Assembly: GCA_020353515.1 (NCBI GenBank)
Contig: CP070695.1
Span: 3,108,943-3,161,431, forward strand
Reading direction: 5' to 3'
From: Candidatus Heimdallarchaeota archaeon
GTDB taxonomy: Archaea; Asgardarchaeota; Heimdallarchaeia; Hodarchaeales; Hodarchaeaceae
Length of the DNA: 52,489 bases
In this document: piece by piece, positions 47,853 through 52,489 of the stretch
How the letters are laid out: every line of letters begins with the position of its first letter
Position numbering within the stretch: the first letter of the stretch is position 1
Translations under genes and position numbers: made by a program
Notes under the pieces: model-generated
What the model was told of the DNA's origin: nothing
Seen by the model: the letters and a program-made list of their open reading frames with translations, nothing else
Database searches by the model: none

Positions 47853-48745
47853 CGTTCTTCACGTTTCACAATAGTATCCTGACAAATTGTTTCTTGGTGT
47901 ATTTGAGTACCAAAAACTTTAATTTCTTTCAGATCATCAGAATCATGGTAAAAAATGAAAAATGCTTCTCCAAGCATGATTTGAGATCCAACAACTGAAT
48001 GTGGTAAATTTCTAACATGGTTCTGCAATCTCTTTGACCAAAGATTTGTTTTTGCAGAAAAAGCAGCTGAAAGCTTTACAAAATTAGAGAAAGTTGGTCT
48101 GGAAATTAGCTCAGAAATTAATTCTCTTCCAGCTTCATTTACAGTTTCCCTCTTACGATTATCAGACAAAACTTCTGATGTTGGAAGCTTACCAAGATGA
48201 ACTGTCGCCACTTTCCATCCACCAGAATTAGTAAAGGACATTGTTTTACCAATGCCAGGAGCTCCCTCTTTCAAACGAATTTCTAACCCACCCTGATATA
48301 AACCAATTACATCCCCTAATCCTGATCTCGTTATTACTTCAGCCTGATGAGCAACTTTTAATAATTCTAATTCTGATAAACCTAATTCCAATAAATCATT
48401 TAATGCGAAAGCTGTTCCAACTGCACCTGCAGCAGAAGCACCATAACCAGAAGAGAGAGGTACTTGAAAATTGTGCTCAACCTTAAGATTTACTTCTTCT
48501 TTCTTAGGAAGTAGAATTTCTATAACCTTAGAGGTTACTACAGCTTCGGTTTTAATTTTTTCCCTTCCATCGAAAAAAATTTGAACACCAGAATGCTTGG
48601 ATAAACCAATAGTAGTGATTACTCCCCTATTGATAGATAATCCTGCTCCCCTCGAACCTTTTTTGAGAATATCACTGGAACTATCTCTAATTTCAAAAAT
48701 GCCAGTTAGATGAGAAGCGACCCAGTATGAAACCTCATCAGTCAA
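47849..48745 (-). CDS. pok: Pantoate kinase (GHMP family)
   Basis: HLTGIF, GSRGAG, PLSSGYGASAAG, AH.AEV...SGLGDV, EIRLKEGAPG; overlaps the pps start. Confidence 0.93.
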   Translation of the reverse strand: MTDEVSYWVASHLTGIFEIRDSSSDILKKGSRGAGLSINRGVITTIGLSKHSGVQIFFDGREKIKTEAVVTSKVIEILLPKKEEVNLKVEHNFQVPLSSGYGASAAGAVGTAFALNDLLELGLSELELLKVAHQAEVITRSGLGDVIGLYQGGLEIRLKEGAPGIGKTMSFTNSGGWKVATVHLGKLPTSEVLSDNRKRETVNEAGRELISELISRPTFSNFVKLSAAFSAKTNLWSKRLQNHVRNLPHSVVGSQIMLGEAFFIFYHDSDDLKEIKVFGTQIHQETICQDTIVKREER

Positions 48746-48758
48746 TAGAATTCCTTCG

Positions 48759-49676
48759 TTACTGCGGATATCTTTCTAGATGACGAATCAAATCAGCAAT
48801 CGCGGCGTTGACTGGAGCTTTCAATCCTAAGCGTTTACTTTCTCGTACAATAAATCCATTCATATAATCTATCTCAGTTCTACGTCCCCGTTCGATATCT
48901 TGAAGCATACTACATTTATTATCTTTAGTTTTTTCGATTACTCTTATAATAAAATTACGGGTTTGAGAGAAGTCCGCATCGGGCAAAATTCGTGTTGCTA
49001 TTGCTATTCCTTCTTCCAAGATAGCATCGAATATCTGGTTAATAGAGGATTTATGCAGAATTTGACCGTTTGGTACATGTAGGAGTGCCCCTAGAGGACA
49101 GATAGTGGAATTCGTGAGTAATTTTTGCCACATTTTCAGTTGAATCTCATTTGTCTTTTTTGTACTGAACCCCGAATCTCTCATAATTCTTTGAAATCGG
49201 GGACCAAAACCATTTTCTTCCCCTGAGATAATTCCAAATGATGTTTTTCCAAACGCCACATGCTTTACTATACCAGGATAGATAAGCTCTGCTGCTTCTG
49301 TAGTTATTGCACGAAATATTGGATTTTGGGGAAAGGTTTGACGAAATACTTCTTCATTACCCATTCCGTTTTGGAGGAGAAAAATAGGTATTTCGTCAGA
49401 AATTTTACCTATTAAACCATCTGTCACAGCTGTGTTATCATAAGCTTTTGTTGTGACGAAAATAGCATCTGGATTTTCAATAGCTGGAGGAAATTTCGTT
49501 GCAGCAGGAAAGTGTGATAAAATCTCTTCTTGGTCTTCAATAATTCGAAGTCCTTTTTTGTTTATTTCAGTTACATGAGGATTACGGCCAACGACAGCAA
49601 CCTCAAATCCAGAATAGGCTATTCGGCCTGCAAAAAGAGACCCAATACTACCCGCGCCAAATACAGCAATATTCAT
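48759..49676 (-). CDS. panE: Ketopantoate reductase
   Basis: GAGSIG, TTKAYD, LQNGMG, WQKL..N, SMLQDIERGRRTEIDYMNG. Confidence 0.95.
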   Translation of the reverse strand: MNIAVFGAGSIGSLFAGRIAYSGFEVAVVGRNPHVTEINKKGLRIIEDQEEILSHFPAATKFPPAIENPDAIFVTTKAYDNTAVTDGLIGKISDEIPIFLLQNGMGNEEVFRQTFPQNPIFRAITTEAAELIYPGIVKHVAFGKTSFGIISGEENGFGPRFQRIMRDSGFSTKKTNEIQLKMWQKLLTNSTICPLGALLHVPNGQILHKSSINQIFDAILEEGIAIATRILPDADFSQTRNFIIRVIEKTKDNKCSMLQDIERGRRTEIDYMNGFIVRESKRLGLKAPVNAAIADLIRHLERYPQ

Positions 49677-50923
49677 TGATCTTCACTCCGATTATTGAAA
49701 TCTTCGACAATTATTTTGGAAATATGTTCTCCAATCACTGCTTTTGAGCCTTTAAGATGAATTGGCTGATCCTTAGGTCGAATAATGAAAAGTTCATTTG
49801 TTTTAGACACAAAACCTTTTTCCTCTTCCCCCACCCAATTTGCACACACCATGTTCAACTGGTGTTTTTCTAGCAGCAATTTTCCCTTCTGAATTAACTC
49901 TTCCTCTGAAACACCAACTTCAGCTTTATAAGCAACTACATACAAATCAGGAAAAGATTTTCTAATTTCCTCAATTATCTTGACAGTAGGAACTAAATTT
50001 AATGATAAATCTGTCTGTCTTGAAGGTATTTTTCCCGATTGATATTGAGGTTTGTAATCAGATACAGCAGCAACAGCCATTAATCCATGATAATCATTAG
50101 AGAGTTCCTTATTTACTGTTTCATACATCTCATGTGCTGAGCGAACTAATTTAAAGGGAATAGTGAGCTTTTCTAAATCTAAAGTGTTTCCCTCTCCTAC
50201 AATAAGTAGAATCTCTGCTCCGTGTTTCTTCAAAGCTTCAGCCACATGAAGAGCTGAAATACCAGTAGAAGGATTAGAAATGAAACGCACGTCGTCTATG
50301 TACTCTCGTGTTGCACCTCCCGTTATTAAAAAACGTTTTCCTCTTAATTTGTAAGACGAATCTAATAACTTGAAAATATGTTCCATTAATTTGCTTAAAG
50401 GAGGAAACTTAAACTTGTTCTCAATTTCATCCGATATTTGAAAGTGAACATTATGTTTTTTCAAATAGGAAATATTTTTTTCAAGAATGGGGTTATCTAA
50501 TAAAACAGTATGAGCTGCAGGAACTATAAGTACAGGGATACTCGCCCCAAAAGCTGCTAATGCCGCTAAAGTTACAGGGCCATCCGCAATTCCATTAGCG
50601 AGTTTGGATATGGTATTTGCGGTTGCAGGACAGATGACACAGAGATCTACTTTATATTCAGGATGAGAAACCCATTTCACATGTTCAGAAATTCCTGAGA
50701 TTTGGGTTATTGGTTCCTTATCCATACACCATGTCAATGCATCTACAGCGACTAAACGAGTAGCTTCCTCGGAAAGCACGACAACAGGATCGCCCTCATA
50801 ACGTAAAATTTCTCTCACAAGATGTGGAACTTCAATAGCTGCAATTGAGCCAGTGACTCCAATTAAAATACGTTTGTATCTTAACTGTGCCCCTTTGGTT
50901 CCAAATATTTCAGCTATTCCCAT
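49673..50923 (-). CDS. coaBC: Bifunctional phosphopantothenoylcysteine decarboxylase/synthetase
   Basis: GVTGSIAA, PATANTISKLANGIAD, ITGGATREYIDDVRFISNPSTG, AAVSDY, AYKAE. Confidence 0.95.
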   Translation of the reverse strand: MGIAEIFGTKGAQLRYKRILIGVTGSIAAIEVPHLVREILRYEGDPVVVLSEEATRLVAVDALTWCMDKEPITQISGISEHVKWVSHPEYKVDLCVICPATANTISKLANGIADGPVTLAALAAFGASIPVLIVPAAHTVLLDNPILEKNISYLKKHNVHFQISDEIENKFKFPPLSKLMEHIFKLLDSSYKLRGKRFLITGGATREYIDDVRFISNPSTGISALHVAEALKKHGAEILLIVGEGNTLDLEKLTIPFKLVRSAHEMYETVNKELSNDYHGLMAVAAVSDYKPQYQSGKIPSRQTDLSLNLVPTVKIIEEIRKSFPDLYVVAYKAEVGVSEEELIQKGKLLLEKHQLNMVCANWVGEEEKGFVSKTNELFIIRPKDQPIHLKGSKAVIGEHISKIIVEDFNNRSEDQ

Positions 50924-51038
50924 CTTATCGATTCCTGATTCGTCCTTCAGTTATCATTTCTTCTATAATTAAATTTTGGTTTATTCTTTTTAAGAATCAG
51001 GGTTAAACCACCTGTTTTTGTATTGAGGTGTGTTTTAA

Positions 51039-51055
51039 GTATATACAGTATATAC
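51039..51055. promoter_or_regulatory. Double palindrome GTATATAC-a-GTATATAC, candidate operator in the coaBC/TSUP divergent spacer
   Basis: Two self-complementary 8-mers separated by 1 nt. Confidence 0.35.
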
Positions 51056-51177
51056 ATTAGGACAAAACTGAGCTCAAATACAAAAAGAAAGAACTATACG
51101 GGATCTAAAAGGAAATAATAAGTCTTAAGAGGATTTTTAGACAACCTTCCGTTCAACTGAAGATTGAGATTTGAAAG

Positions 51178-52059
51178 ATGTTATTCTACCAGATAATTGG
51201 TGATCAATACCTTTCCAGTATTATTGATGGTATTTTTTTCTCCATTTTTGCTTTTATTGTTGGAATAATCTCCTCATCCTTAGGTGTTGGAGGGGGGTTT
51301 ATTACAACCCCCTCATTGATTTTACTCGGAATTAATGAAAGTTATGCTATCGGAACAGTCCTTTTTATGATCATTTTTACAGCAATATCGTCAACAATTG
51401 CGTATGCACGACAACCACAAAAAATAGAGTATCGTACAGGTCTTTTAATTGCTGGTCCAACAGTCATAGGAGCAGTGTCAGGCAGTTTGACCAGCTCATA
51501 TTTAGCTACTGAAGCTCCTGTTATTTTTCGAATCATTTTTGCAATCTGTTTGTTTCCAATAGCAATCAAAATGCTATTCTTTCCGAAAGAGAAGAAAGAA
51601 ACAATAGAGGCTGATGATGAGATCGAGCACGATGAAATTTTTATTTTAGGATTTGAGCGCCGAGAAATTTATAGTGCTGTGTTAGGATTAGTTGTAGGAT
51701 TTACTTCTGGTTTGTTAGGGATTGGAGGGGGAGTTGTGATGGTGCCTATCTTAGTTCACGTTGGTAAGTTAAGCATGCATAAGTCCGTTGCCACATCAGT
51801 TTTCATTATGATTGCTACAAGCATTGCTGGAGCGGTTGTGAAAATTTCAATGGGCCAAATTTATCCTGATTTAGCATTATTTTTGGTACTAGGAATAATT
51901 TTAGGAGCCCAATTTGGACCTAGATTGAACCAAAGGATAAATACTAAACGTCTTCAGCAAATTTTTGGATTTGTGATGATAATTGCTCTATTTTCAATTG
52001 CAATTGGGCAGGATCAAATTCTTGCTCTCATTCGAGGAATAATTGAGATTTTTTTCTAA
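51178..52059 (+). CDS. TauE/SafE (TSUP) family membrane transporter
   Basis: Two GxGGG repeats (LGVGGGFITTP, LLGIGGGVVMVP), AIGT, SVATS; about 8 TM helices. Confidence 0.92.
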   Translation: MLFYQIIGDQYLSSIIDGIFFSIFAFIVGIISSSLGVGGGFITTPSLILLGINESYAIGTVLFMIIFTAISSTIAYARQPQKIEYRTGLLIAGPTVIGAVSGSLTSSYLATEAPVIFRIIFAICLFPIAIKMLFFPKEKKETIEADDEIEHDEIFILGFERREIYSAVLGLVVGFTSGLLGIGGGVVMVPILVHVGKLSMHKSVATSVFIMIATSIAGAVVKISMGQIYPDLALFLVLGIILGAQFGPRLNQRINTKRLQQIFGFVMIIALFSIAIGQDQILALIRGIIEIFF

Positions 52060-52489
52060 TCATACAAATTGTCTTTTTTGAGAGAACAAAAGAAATTAAG
52101 TTATTAATTTTTTAATAGATTAATTGTTTATTATTTCTTGAATTAATTAGCTGGCGATATACCATGAATAATCGAATTGTTTTGCAGAATGTTCGCCCGA
52201 TTTTGAGATTAATATGATATGCTACAACTTTTCCACCTTTTTTTCTATTCAAATTTTATATCCGAGTCTTAACTCGATGATCAATCTCAAAAAGTTTTTT
52301 TTCTTTATTGATATTTTCCTGGCATTATTTTAGAGAAATTATTTCGAAGTGGATACAAAGTCATTATAAAATATTTAATATCTATTTATATTAACATCAG
52401 ATTATAATCACGCGTTTTTATTTTTTTTGATCTACTGTTTTTCTCATCTTGTGTTTTTAAAACCAACTCTGCAGATGTTAATAAAAGGA

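Noticed and set aside
1305-51569. Many short ORFs overlapping recognised genes (e.g. 1305-1526, 3144-3410, 7026-7364, 12226-12540, 20409-20921, 31032-31412, 40235-40525, 51342-51569)
   Set aside because: Antisense or alternate-frame shadows of well-supported CDSs with no independent motifs
52060-52489. AT-rich right end, possibly the 3' end of a minus-strand gene
   Set aside because: Only about 33 open codons without motifs; cannot be supported
1-52489. CRISPR arrays, tRNA/rRNA genes, transposases, integrases, defence systems
   Set aside because: No regularly spaced DNA repeats, cloverleafs or diagnostic motifs were seen by eye; the repeats in the giant gene exist only at the protein level

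Overview
AT-rich, gene-dense archaeal chromosomal window, very probably from an Asgard archaeon. This is inferred from the archaeal PoK/PPS CoA pathway, isopentenyl phosphate kinase and short XPF, together with a Rab-like GTPase and longin/roadblock folds. Routine content: heterodimeric ABC exporter, two ZIP and two DMT transporters, MscS, Nudix, two GNATs, a ferredoxin-fused radical SAM enzyme, BtpA, tRNA 2-thiolase, class V PLP enzyme, UbiA-family prenyltransferase, M42 peptidase, ERCC4 nuclease and a five-gene CoA operon. The notable part is an apparent membrane-to-small-GTPase signalling set. (i) A 3660-aa surface protein (3 DUF2341+LamG modules, 17 cadherin/Ig-like repeats, one TM helix) ends in a cytoplasmic uDENN/longin domain of the FLCN/SMCR8/NPRL2 type. 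(ii) Two tandem MFS transporters are each fused to a C-terminal longin domain. (iii) A Rab-like GTPase is paired with a longin+roadblock fusion. Also found by reading the sequence: an unannotated box C/D guide sRNA upstream of the tRNA thiolase, an IPK-metallo-beta-lactamase fusion, a HEAT + UFL1/DDRGK-like winged-helix array next to XPF, a ubiquitin-fold protein with a masked Gly-Gly, and a secreted protein cut by the left edge that the ORF track missed. No CRISPR array, tRNA, rRNA or mobile element was seen. All domain calls are by-eye motif recognition, not database results.
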